Made by a program: the position numbers and the translations under genes. 32,000 bases of DNA from Methylophaga frappieri (GTDB lineage: Bacteria; Pseudomonadota; Gammaproteobacteria; Nitrosococcales; Methylophagaceae): assembly GCF_000260965.1 (NCBI RefSeq), contig NC_017856.1, positions 2,250,001 through 2,282,000 of the forward strand. Direction: 5' to 3'. The first letter of the stretch is position 1; each line of letters opens with the position of its first letter. The notes beneath the pieces were generated by a model. The model saw only the letters and a list, made by a program, of their open reading frames with translations, searched no databases and was not told where the DNA came from. Shown here one piece after another: positions 8,806 through 17,763 of the stretch.

Positions 8806-9432
8806 ATGAGTCAGTTTTTTCAGATCCATCCTGACAACCCGCAGCCCCGTCTTATAAAGCAGGCCTGTGAAATGATCCGTCGTGGTGGGCTGGTCGTTTA
8901 TCCAACCGATTCTGGCTATGCCGTTGGTTGCCATATCGGTGATAAAACTGCCATGGAACGTATTCGTCGCCTGCGACAACTCGACGCAGATCATAATTTC
9001 ACACTGGTTTGCCGGGATTTATCTGAGCTCTCTGTTTATGCCCGGGTAAACAATGCGGTATTTCGTTTAATCAAAGCGCATACACCGGGGCCATATACGT
9101 TTATTTTACCGGCCACCAAAGAAGTACCGCGTCGTTTACAACATGCCAAGCGAAAGACCATTGGCTTACGTATTCCAACGCATAATATCGCCTTAGCCCT
9201 ATTGGCAGAATTAGATGAGCCGCTAATGAGTTCGACGCTTATTCTGCCCGGCGAAAGTCAAGTGATGACTGAGGCAGATGACATTGTCGATGCGATAGGA
9301 AAACAGGTTGAGTTGATTATTGACGGTGGGGCCTGTAGTGCTGAGCCAACGACCGTCGTTGCCTTTACTGAGGATATGCCGGAGGTGATTCGAGTCGGAC
9401 AAGGCAATCCGCAATCGTTTGAAAGTGCATGA
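8806..9432 (+). CDS. yciO: YciO / L-threonylcarbamoyladenylate synthase (TsaC/Sua5/YrdC) family protein
   Basis: The 208-aa product carries YPTDSGYAVG, F.LVCRDLS and PGPYTFILPA motifs, typical of YciO-type YrdC-fold proteins. Confidence 0.85.
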   Translation: MSQFFQIHPDNPQPRLIKQACEMIRRGGLVVYPTDSGYAVGCHIGDKTAMERIRRLRQLDADHNFTLVCRDLSELSVYARVNNAVFRLIKAHTPGPYTFILPATKEVPRRLQHAKRKTIGLRIPTHNIALALLAELDEPLMSSTLILPGESQVMTEADDIVDAIGKQVELIIDGGACSAEPTTVVAFTEDMPEVIRVGQGNPQSFESA

Positions 9433-10100
9433 CGACAGTGGTTTGGTGGGCGGTGCCCTTTATCATCATCTGGGTAATAGGACTGCTGGCTGCCCGGGCT
9501 GACTGGGGGGGAGCGCATGTCAACTGGCTGGATGGTTGGACCCGAATTTTATGCCGCTGCCTTCACGGCTTGAAACAGCAGTCCTTGCCCTTACCCGAAA
9601 CAGGGGGGGCGATCGTGATTGCCAATCATGTGTCAGGCGTGGACCCCCTGTTATTAATTGCTGCTAGCCAACGGCCACTACGATTTCTGATAGCCCGTGA
9701 ACAGTATCAGCGTTTCGGTCTTCAGTGGTTGTTTCGGGCTGCAGGTTGTATTCCAGTAGATCGTTCTGGCAGGCCAGAGCAGTCTTTGCGTGAAGCGCTG
9801 GCAGCATTACGGCATGGCGAAATTATCGCCTTGTTTCCACATGGCAAAATTCATCTTGACCACGATCCGCCACGGCCTATCAAAGCCGGTTTTGCTCGAC
9901 TTGCGGCTTGGGCACAGGTGCCGGTGACAGCAGTACGAATAGATGGGGTTAAAGCACAGGGCTCAGTCTTGCTGGCACCCTGGGTGCCTGATAATGTTCA
10001 GTTAACGCATACCGTACTATCGACGGCTGATGAAGCAACCTTACTCACTGCAGCCAAGATGGCCATTGAAGTACCTCGACATCAATCTGAGCACACTTGA
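9429..10100 (+). CDS. Lysophospholipid (1-acyl-sn-glycerol-3-phosphate) acyltransferase family protein
   Basis: It has an N-terminal TM helix, the HX4D acyltransferase motif NHVSGVDP and a FPHGK block. The ATG overlaps the yciO stop (ATGA). Confidence 0.8.
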   Translation: MTTVVWWAVPFIIIWVIGLLAARADWGGAHVNWLDGWTRILCRCLHGLKQQSLPLPETGGAIVIANHVSGVDPLLLIAASQRPLRFLIAREQYQRFGLQWLFRAAGCIPVDRSGRPEQSLREALAALRHGEIIALFPHGKIHLDHDPPRPIKAGFARLAAWAQVPVTAVRIDGVKAQGSVLLAPWVPDNVQLTHTVLSTADEATLLTAAKMAIEVPRHQSEHT

Positions 10101-10124
10101 TATTTTGCCCACCTGCCCCATTTT
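10096..10124 (+). promoter_or_regulatory. Sigma32 (RpoH)-type heat-shock promoter upstream of clpB
   Basis: CTTGATA (10096-10102), a 13-nt spacer and CCCCATTTT (10116-10124) compare well with the consensus CTTGAAA-N13/14-CCCCATnT. The site lies about 36 nt upstream of the clpB ATG. clpB is a classical RpoH regulon member. Confidence 0.6.
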
Positions 10125-10159
10125 GCTAATTAACTTAGTTTTTATAGGGACTTTCGGTT

Positions 10160-12729
10160 ATGCAATTCGATAAATTAACCAGCAAGTTTCAAGCGGCGCT
10201 TGGTGAAGCGCAAAGTCTTGCTGTTGGCAAAGATCACCAGTTTATTGAACCGGCACATTTGATGTTGGCGCTATTAAAGCAGCAAGGAGGCACGGTGCGC
10301 CCGTTGTTAGCGCAAAGTGGTGTCAATGTCACGGCCTACCAACAAGATCTGGAACAACAATTAAATCGTTTAGCGAGTGTGGAAGGAAATAGTGGAGAGG
10401 TCCATATTTCCGCTGATTTGAATCGATTGTTGAACGTGACGGATAAATTGGCGCAGAAACGGGGTGATCAGTTTATCTCCAGCGAATTGTTCGTGCTGGC
10501 AGCGGTTGCCGACAAAAATCATATGGGAGCGTTGTTGCGCCAGCATCACGCTTCAGAAGCCAGTATTAACGCGGCAATTGAACAACTGCGTGGCGGTGAT
10601 AAGGTGACTAACCCGAATGCCGAAGAACAGCGTCAAGCATTAGAAAAATACACTATCGATCTGACAGCTCGTGCTGAAGCGGGCAAATTGGATCCAGTAA
10701 TTGGGCGTGATGATGAAATTCGTCGCACCGTTCAGGTTTTGCAGCGACGCACCAAGAATAATCCAGTGCTTATCGGTGAGCCGGGGGTCGGTAAAACGGC
10801 TATTGTTGAAGGTTTGGCGCAACGCATCGTTAATGGTGAAGTGCCAGAAGGGATGAAACATAAACGGGTGCTCTCCCTTGATATGGGCGCATTGATTGCC
10901 GGTGCCAAATTCCGGGGTGAATTTGAAGAACGATTAAAAGCCGTTCTGAATGATTTGGCCAAGCAAGAAGGGTCGGTGATCCTGTTTATTGATGAAATTC
11001 ATACCATGGTTGGTGCTGGTAAAGCCGAAGGATCGATGGATGCCGGCAATATGCTGAAACCGGCGTTAGCACGAGGTGAACTGCACTGCATTGGCGCGAC
11101 GACCCTGGACGAATATCGTCAATATGTTGAAAAAGATGCGGCCCTTGAACGACGTTTTCAAAAAGTCATCGTAGGTGAACCCACGGTTGAATCAACCATT
11201 GCGATTCTGCGTGGCTTGAGCGAACGCTACGAAGTGCATCATGGTGTCGAGATTACCGATCCGGCCATTGTCGCTGCAGCAACCTTGTCACATCGCTATA
11301 TCACTGATCGGAAATTGCCGGACAAGGCAATTGATCTGATTGATGAGGCCGCCAGCCGTATTCGTATGGAGATTGATTCCAAGCCTGAAGCCCTGGATAA
11401 GCTGGAGCGTCGGCGGATCCAACTTAGAATTGAGCAGGTGGCGCTCAAAAAAGAGCGTGATGACGCCTCAAAAAAACGGTTGGAAACGCTTGAATCTGAA
11501 CTAAACAATCTGGATCGGGAGATAGCGGATCTTGAAGAGGTATGGAAGTCTGAAAAAGCGGCATTACACGGTAGTCAGCATATCAAGGAAGCCCTAGAAA
11601 AGGCACGGATGGAACTGGAGTCTGCGAACCGAACCGGTGATTTGGAAAAAATGTCTGAACTGCAATACGGACGCATCCCGGCATTGGAAAAACAGCTCGC
11701 ATCTGCAACGGAAGCCGACGAAAAGCAACAATTCACATTGCTGCGCAATAAAGTTGGCGAAGAAGAGATTGCCGAGGTCGTTTCAAAATGGACGGGTATT
11801 CCAGTCTCAAAAATGCTGGAGGGTGAGCGTGAAAAACTGCTGCAAATGGATGCGGTTTTACAGCAGCGTGTTGTCGGACAAACGGAAGCCGTCAGTGCTG
11901 TTTCAAATGCGATTCGACGGAGTCGCGCCGGTTTGTCCGATCCAAACCGACCGAATGGATCGTTTTTATTCCTCGGCCCAACCGGGGTGGGCAAAACGGA
12001 ACTGTGCAAGTCCCTGGCCAGTTTCTTATTTGATACACAAGACGCGATGGTTCGTATCGACATGTCCGAATTTATGGAAAAACATTCGGTGGCACGGTTG
12101 GTTGGTGCCCCGCCGGGTTATGTGGGTTACGAAGAAGGCGGTTATTTGACTGAGGCGGTTCGTCGTAAACCATATTCGGTCATTTTGCTTGATGAAGTCG
12201 AAAAAGCGCATCCGGATGTGTTTAATATTTTGTTACAGGTATTGGATGACGGCCGTCTGACCGATGGTCAGGGTCGCACCGTGGATTTCCGTAACACGGT
12301 AATTGTGATGACCTCTAATCTTGGCTCTAACGTGATTCAGGAGATGGCTGGCGAGGATAATTATGCGCAAATGAAGTCGGCCAACATTTCCGGCCAGAGT
12401 TTATTAATCGTGTAGATGATGTCGTGGTTTTTCATCCATTACAGCAGGCACAGATTCGAGCTATTACCGATATTCAGCTAGCGCACTTACGGCAACGGCT
12501 GGCAGAGCGAGACCTGACCCTGTCGTTGACTGATGCCGCTTTGGATCATATCGCTGAAGCGGGGTTTGATCCGGTTTATGGTGCCCGGCCTTTAAAGCGG
12601 GTGATTCAGCATGAGCTGGAAAATCAATTAGCACAGGATTTGCTGGCGGGTAAGTTTCGTCCTGGGCAAATCATTCAAGTCGATGCTGATGCACAGGGCC
12701 TGCAATTTCATCACGAATTGAAACACTAA
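10160..12729 (+). pseudogene. clpB: Chaperone/disaggregase ClpB, interrupted by a frameshift near codon 740 (as sequenced)
   Basis: The N-terminus [21 protein letters not shown] resembles E. coli [21 protein letters not shown]. Both Walker A motifs are present ([30 protein letters not shown]). Frame 1 stops at TAG 12413-12415. The conserved continuation [19 protein letters not shown]...YGARPLKR runs in another frame from 12385 to 12729. Confidence 0.75.
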
Positions 12730-12742
12730 AGTGTCTTGCCTC

Positions 12743-12780
12743 TCAATATGGCGCTGCGGTCTAAGGCAGCGCCATATTGA
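12743..12780. terminator. Perfect 15-bp stem / 8-nt loop hairpin between convergent clpB and the FNT gene (putative bidirectional terminator)
   Basis: TCAATATGGCGCTGC (12743-12757) and GCAGCGCCATATTGA (12766-12780) are exact reverse complements. The hairpin is followed by CCTAATTTTG on the + strand. It fills almost all of the 52-nt gap between the two stop codons. Confidence 0.6.
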
Positions 12781-12781
12781 C

Positions 12782-13606
12782 CTAATTTTGTTCTGACATG
12801 GCGGCGGTTGGTGGCGCCGTTTTATAATGCGTGACATACAAAGCGGTACCCGTCAGTAATAAGCCCCCCACCAGATTGCCCAGGACGACTGGAATTTCGT
12901 TCCAGAAAAGCCAATCACCGATGGTAATATCGGCACCCATTAACATTCCCATCGGGAACAAAAACATATTCACAACGCAATGTTCAAATACCAGACCAAA
13001 GAATAAGGCGATGGGCAACCACATGGCGATGACTTTGCCACCTACCGTGCTGGAAATCATGGCACCAACGACACCCACTGAGACCATCCAGTTACAGAGA
13101 ATGCCAGCCACAAAGACAGTTAGCCAGCCTGCCCCACCATGTACGGCAAAGCCCAGTGTTCTGGCTTCTGCAGCTCGAGCAATCGCCTGACCGGCGGCGC
13201 CTGGTTCTTGTGAAAAACCAAACGTCCAGAAAATACTCATCAGCAATACAGTCGTTAACGCACCGAACAAATTACCAACCAGCACTAATCCCCAGTTTTT
13301 TAACATGCCCTTGAGGGTACAGCCCTGACGTTTATCAAACAGGGTCAGTGGTACTAGCGCAAAAACGCCAGTTAACAAATCAAATCCGAGCAGATTTAGT
13401 AAAACAAAACCAACTGGAAACACCAGTGCTCCAACGATTGGCAGCCCGGTCTGTACGGCTGCGGTCACGGCAAAAGCGACGGCCAGCGTTAAGATGGCAC
13501 CGGCCATGTAAGCGCGAATCAGCACATCTCGCGGTGCCATTTTAATTTTGCTTTCACCCGTATCGACCATTTTTTTGGCGAACTCGTTCGGTGTTAAATA
13601 AGCCAT
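12782..13606 (-). CDS. Formate/nitrite transporter (FNT) family protein
   Basis: This is a polytopic membrane protein with an FNT-like pattern (FDLLTG, FVAGILCNWMV, VFEHCVVNMF). I chose ATG 13606 because GGAG lies 5 nt upstream. The longer ORF start at 13648 adds a 14-aa hydrophobic extension and has no SD. Confidence 0.83.
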   Translation of the reverse strand: MAYLTPNEFAKKMVDTGESKIKMAPRDVLIRAYMAGAILTLAVAFAVTAAVQTGLPIVGALVFPVGFVLLNLLGFDLLTGVFALVPLTLFDKRQGCTLKGMLKNWGLVLVGNLFGALTTVLLMSIFWTFGFSQEPGAAGQAIARAAEARTLGFAVHGGAGWLTVFVAGILCNWMVSVGVVGAMISSTVGGKVIAMWLPIALFFGLVFEHCVVNMFLFPMGMLMGADITIGDWLFWNEIPVVLGNLVGGLLLTGTALYVTHYKTAPPTAAMSEQN

Positions 13607-13640
13607 AAGTGCTCCAAGACAGAAAGTAAACCAGTAAGCT

Positions 13641-13687
13641 AAATGCATCTTTTGTGCCGGTCATGAAATGCATTTCAAATCAATATG
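13641..13687. promoter_or_regulatory. Two NsrR-like (ATGCAT-core) operator motifs upstream of the FNT gene
   Basis: AAATGCATCTT (13641-13651) matches the reverse complement of the AAGATGCATTT half-site as I recall it. GAAATGCATTT-C-AAATCAATATG (13665-13687) has the 11-1-11 layout, with a good left half and a weaker right half. The consensus is from memory and was not scored. Confidence 0.3.
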
Positions 13688-13779
13688 TTGGGGTGGCTGT
13701 GTTATCTGGATAATATTTTCTTGCACCAATTCAGGTTAGGGCTGTGAGCAGCTTGCACCATGAAATAGCAGCAACGCGA

Positions 13780-15903
13780 TCAGGGAGGAGACCAATACCG
13801 GTCAGCACGGAGTTTATCAGCGGGCCTGCCGATATAAAAACCTTGAGCGTAATTGACACCGTAGCTGCGAAGCAGTGTTAACACTTCGTGGTTTTCGACA
13901 AACTCTGCCACGGTTCTGCGACCCAGCCCCGTCGCGACATCAATTAATGCCTTGACGAATAATTGGTCATCCGCATTGATATGCAAGTCCTTGATAAAAA
14001 TACCATCAATTTTGATGATATCTACAGGTAATTCCCGAATGTAATTAAATGACGAAAAGCCAACGCCAAAATCATCCAGTGCAAATTGGCACCCTAATGT
14101 TTTAATGGTTTGCATCATGGTCTTGGCTCGCGCTAAATTAGCGACCGCCACGGTTTCTGTGACTTCGAAAATCAGTCCGGACGGCTCAACGCGGTATTGT
14201 CTAATCAGTGCTTTTAACAGTGGCAACAGTTCAGTAGAGTCAATCATTGCCGCTGATAAATTGATGGCCAGCCGGATAGCCGGTTTTTGCTGCTGTAACT
14301 CAGCCAGTTTTTTAATACTGGCTTCGACAACATAACGATCTATCTGACGAATCAGACCAGTTTGCTCAGCGATATCAATAAATTTTCCCGGCAGACAGGT
14401 TTCGCCAGTCGCCGGATCATACATTCGAATTAATACTTCGTAATGATCGATAGCGTTGGTGCTGAGTTCTAGGATCGGTTGAAAGTGCAGGATGAAAAGC
14501 TGATTTTCCAGTGCGTTTTCAATTTGATTTTTCCAAAAAACACGCGTTTCCAATGTTTGACGCGTCTGGTCGTCGGGTGAAAAAACATGGAAATTATTTT
14601 TGCCCGTACTTTTGGCCTGATACATAGCCAAATCAGCAAAGCTCATTAATTCATGGATACTGGCCCCATTGAGCGGGTAATGAACGATGCCAATGCTGGC
14701 AGAGACTTTGTGGCGAATACCGGCAGCTTCAAAATGAATTGAGGCCAACGAAGACAGAATTTTTTGCGCCAGAATTCTGGCCCCGGCATCATCACTTTCT
14801 GGCATCAGCACTGCAAATTCATCACCGCCTAAACGGGCGACCAAATCGGTAAAGCGGGTAATTTGTTTCAAGGTTTTCGCAACCATGTTCAGCAGCTCAT
14901 CGCCGCTCTTATGGCCGCTGGTATCGTTGATATCTTTGAATTGATCTAAGTCCAGATACAGCAAGGTATTGTTGTGGTGATAACGTACCGCCGTGCGGAG
15001 TGACTTTTCAAACTCTTCAGTAAATTTACGACGATTGCACAAGTCCGTCAGGGGATCATGTTCAGCCAACCAGACAATCCGTTTTTCCGCTTCTTTTTGA
15101 TGGGTGATATCCATACCCACTGATAAAATAACGGCCCGCTCATCATCATTTGCTAGTCGTGAATGCAGCCAGGATATATGTTTGACCTGTCCTCGACGGT
15201 CGATGAGTTCGGCTTCTTGGCTGGCCAGAGATAATCGACCCTCTAAAAGCTCCTGAAAACGTGCTCTTGCTTCCAGCCAGTTACCCGCTGGAAATAGTCG
15301 TGCAACGTCGGTTTCCAGTATGTCTTTTTCGGCATAGCCAGTGAGTTGTTGAGCAAACGCATTAATCAAGGTGACCTGTAATTGATCATCAATGGTCATG
15401 ATCACCAATTGTGCGGTATCCAGTAGGCTCTTGATGAAGTCGCGTTCATTTCGTAGCGCATCTGATTTGCGTTGGATGAGCTGTGCCCGTTGAAACCGAC
15501 CCTGAGCAAGCTGCTCCAGTTTATTGGTCAACTGCAAGCTGGCCTGGCGTAATTTGGCAATTTCTGGTTCGTGAATCTGAGCCGGTAATTCAGCAAACTG
15601 TTGTTTTGCCTGCTCATATTTTTGTGCCGACAGTAGCGGTAAGGTGTCGCCAATGGTGATGAGTTGTTCGTATCGTTGTACACGGCGAAAATAATGCACG
15701 CCGGAGAGCAACAGTGCCAACAGGACAAGCACAGCAAACGCTAGACTGAAATAGAGTCCTAAGTCGACGTGACTGGTTTGCGTCAATTGCCGACTGATTA
15801 AGTAATAAACGATACCCAGTGATAACGTGCCAGACAGGGCAATGGCAAAAAAACAGTTGCGTGCTGATTGCCAGTGAAATTGAAATTGCCGTCTGCCTGT
15901 CAT
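13780..15903 (-). CDS. Membrane-anchored PAS-GGDEF-EAL protein (putative bifunctional diguanylate cyclase/phosphodiesterase)
   Basis: Two N-terminal TM helices are followed by a coiled-coil and a PAS-like segment. The GGDEF motif is intact (RLGGDEFAV), with RFTD five residues upstream (I-site RxxD). The EAL domain shows YEVLIR, DDFGVGFSS and KIDGIF. The SD AGAGGA precedes the ATG. Confidence 0.9.
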   Translation of the reverse strand: MTGRRQFQFHWQSARNCFFAIALSGTLSLGIVYYLISRQLTQTSHVDLGLYFSLAFAVLVLLALLLSGVHYFRRVQRYEQLITIGDTLPLLSAQKYEQAKQQFAELPAQIHEPEIAKLRQASLQLTNKLEQLAQGRFQRAQLIQRKSDALRNERDFIKSLLDTAQLVIMTIDDQLQVTLINAFAQQLTGYAEKDILETDVARLFPAGNWLEARARFQELLEGRLSLASQEAELIDRRGQVKHISWLHSRLANDDERAVILSVGMDITHQKEAEKRIVWLAEHDPLTDLCNRRKFTEEFEKSLRTAVRYHHNNTLLYLDLDQFKDINDTSGHKSGDELLNMVAKTLKQITRFTDLVARLGGDEFAVLMPESDDAGARILAQKILSSLASIHFEAAGIRHKVSASIGIVHYPLNGASIHELMSFADLAMYQAKSTGKNNFHVFSPDDQTRQTLETRVFWKNQIENALENQLFILHFQPILELSTNAIDHYEVLIRMYDPATGETCLPGKFIDIAEQTGLIRQIDRYVVEASIKKLAELQQQKPAIRLAINLSAAMIDSTELLPLLKALIRQYRVEPSGLIFEVTETVAVANLARAKTMMQTIKTLGCQFALDDFGVGFSSFNYIRELPVDIIKIDGIFIKDLHINADDQLFVKALIDVATGLGRRTVAEFVENHEVLTLLRSYGVNYAQGFYIGRPADKLRADRYWSPP

Positions 15904-15972
15904 GATCCTCTGATCCCCTATCGCCTCTTAACTAACGTCGCAGTCTGCTCTATTGTGGCCCAATTTGTTGGT

Positions 15973-16833
15973 CTAGACTCGTTGTTCACTTCGGCTGATT
16001 CGCCTCAAAACCCAATCAAAGCAACGCGTCGGCAATAACCATTTCAGCGTTGCCAGTAAATATGTGGGAAAAGTAACAAAATACCGTAATTTTGGCCGAC
16101 GCGACTCAACAACATGAATGACTTTAGCTGTGACCGCCGCCGCAGGCAGAGTAAATGGCGCGGTTGGGCCTGATTGGGTTAATCTTTTTTCCATTGCTGC
16201 ATAAATAGAGTGATGGGCACTTTGCTCAGGGAAAATATGCTTTTTGTACTGCAACATGGCATTTGCCCGAAAGGCGCTGGTAATCGGGCCAGGTTCAATC
16301 AAACTGATGGCAATATTGGTGCCATGCAGCTCTAGCCGTAAGGTATCGACCAAGCCTTCTAATGCAAATTTACTGGCGTTATAAGCACCCCGATAGGGGA
16401 GAGCCACTAATCCTAATACCGAGCTGTTATAGACAATACGCCCAGCCGCTTGACGTCGCATAATTTGAATAACCTGATTGGTTAATTGCTGAGTACCGAT
16501 GACATTGGTGTTAAATTGGGCCATTAGCGCAGCGCGGCTTAAGTCTTCAACCGCACCGGGTTGTCCGTATGCCGCGTTGTTAAATAACACATCTATTCGA
16601 CCATCCAGATGGGTTAATGCGGTTTTGAGTCCAGCTGCGATAACTTTATCATCATCCAGATCGAGCAATACGACGGTGAGCCCGGCATCCTGTAGTGAAC
16701 GCAGATCAGCCGATTTTCTCACTGTGCCGACGACACGGTGGCCTCGGGCATGTAGCGAGAACAAAGCATCCCGACCGATTCCGGTGGCGCATCCAGTGAT
16801 TAAAATATGTTTCGGTTTCGCCATTTTTTTCAT
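15973..16833 (-). CDS. Short-chain dehydrogenase/reductase (SDR) family oxidoreductase
   Basis: The cofactor motif ITGCATGIGR (TGxxxGxG), NNAA and the catalytic YNASK (YxxxK) are present. The start is uncertain: ATG 16833 (MKKMAKPK) or 16824 (MAKPK). The 16875 start adds an unlikely extension. Confidence 0.82.
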   Translation of the reverse strand: MKKMAKPKHILITGCATGIGRDALFSLHARGHRVVGTVRKSADLRSLQDAGLTVVLLDLDDDKVIAAGLKTALTHLDGRIDVLFNNAAYGQPGAVEDLSRAALMAQFNTNVIGTQQLTNQVIQIMRRQAAGRIVYNSSVLGLVALPYRGAYNASKFALEGLVDTLRLELHGTNIAISLIEPGPITSAFRANAMLQYKKHIFPEQSAHHSIYAAMEKRLTQSGPTAPFTLPAAAVTAKVIHVVESRRPKLRYFVTFPTYLLATLKWLLPTRCFDWVLRRISRSEQRV

Positions 16834-16929
16834 ATGCTGCACAAAACTTTGCGTAGAAAAGTGTAAATAAATCACTGACCAGGTCGATAAATCGGGTCAG
16901 GCAATCGAGGTGTGAGGCCAGAGAGTAAG

Positions 16930-17763
16930 ATGCTGCAAGTCAGTGAAATCAGTCAGCAAGATTATGATGCGTTCAGAGGGTTTTTGGAACAGGCTTGCGG
17001 GATCCTGTTAGGGGATGGCAAGCAATATCTCATCATTAATCGTCTCGCCCGTTTATTGCGAGAAGAAAAGATTGCTTCGGTCGCCATGCTGTTAACGGCA
17101 CTTGAGTGCAACTCGCCTCGACATTTGCGCGGTGCAGTTATTGATGCCATGACCACGAATGAAACCTCTTGGTTCAGAGATGGTGGCCCGTTTACTGTGT
17201 TCGAAAAGTACTTGTTAACTGAAATAGACAAGCGGCTCACGGGGCAGGGGCGTATCTGGTCTGCGGCCTGCTCATCCGGTCAAGAGCCATATACGATAAG
17301 CATATTGATTAATGAGTATTTACGAAAAAACCCGGACAGCGCACTAAACAATGTGCAAATTATTGGCACGGATATTTCACAAAATATGCTGACATTGGCC
17401 CGCGAAGCCTGCTATGAAGAAGCGATGCTGGCGCGGGGTATTTCAGCAACCCGGCGGCAGCAGTTTTTCAAGCCATCAGGTGAACAATGGCAATTGATAG
17501 ATACGGTACGGCGGCGGGTTCAGTTTCGTGAGCAAAATCTGCTGGAAAGCTTTACGGGGCTGGGCCGGTTTGATGTGGTGTTTTGCCGTAATGTACTGAT
17601 TTATTTTTCGGCGCAACGTAAAGCCGATATTCTGGATAGAATGGCACAGGCCATGAATCCCGGGGGACTTTTGTTTCTTGGCGCTTCAGAAACGATAAGT
17701 GGTTACAGCGATGCCTTTGAGTTACGCCGGTTTCCAGAAGGGGTTATTTATCAGCGTCGCTGA
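16930..17763 (+). CDS. cheR: CheR-type protein-glutamate O-methyltransferase (orphan)
   Basis: Motifs TNETSWFRD, WSAACSSGQEPYTISI and VFCRNVLIYF match the CheR SAM-methyltransferase pattern. I chose ATG 16930 over GTG 16912. Confidence 0.85.
   Translation: MLQVSEISQQDYDAFRGFLEQACGILLGDGKQYLIINRLARLLREEKIASVAMLLTALECNSPRHLRGAVIDAMTTNETSWFRDGGPFTVFEKYLLTEIDKRLTGQGRIWSAACSSGQEPYTISILINEYLRKNPDSALNNVQIIGTDISQNMLTLAREACYEEAMLARGISATRRQQFFKPSGEQWQLIDTVRRRVQFREQNLLESFTGLGRFDVVFCRNVLIYFSAQRKADILDRMAQAMNPGGLLFLGASETISGYSDAFELRRFPEGVIYQRR

Noticed and set aside
9505-9609. Two G7 homopolymer tracts (9505-9511 and 9603-9609) inside the acyltransferase gene as a contingency (phase-variable) locus
   Set aside because: The tracts are short and each simply encodes Gly-Gly. 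The gene is a housekeeping-type lipid acyltransferase translationally coupled to yciO. This is worth a glance in read data, but I see no positive evidence.
11575-12063. Long antisense or alternate-frame ORFs inside clpB (11575-12063 minus, 11637-12149 plus, 10732-10962 minus)
   Set aside because: They are fully embedded in a strongly supported gene. Their products are low-complexity (Ser/Arg/Ala-rich) and typical of shadow frames. None has an SD.
12424-12729. The 101-aa ORF as an independent ClpB C-terminal-domain gene
   Set aside because: It starts at an internal GTG with no SD. Its frame continues upstream to 12361 with ClpB-like residues ([16 protein letters not shown]). It is the displaced 3' part of clpB.
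13674-13690. An FNR/CRP-type site (TTGAT-N4-ATCAA) upstream of the FNT gene
   Set aside because: Only one half-site (TTGAT on the reverse strand of TTCAAATCAA) is present. The partner half is poor. The same nucleotides are better explained by the ATGCAT-core motif.
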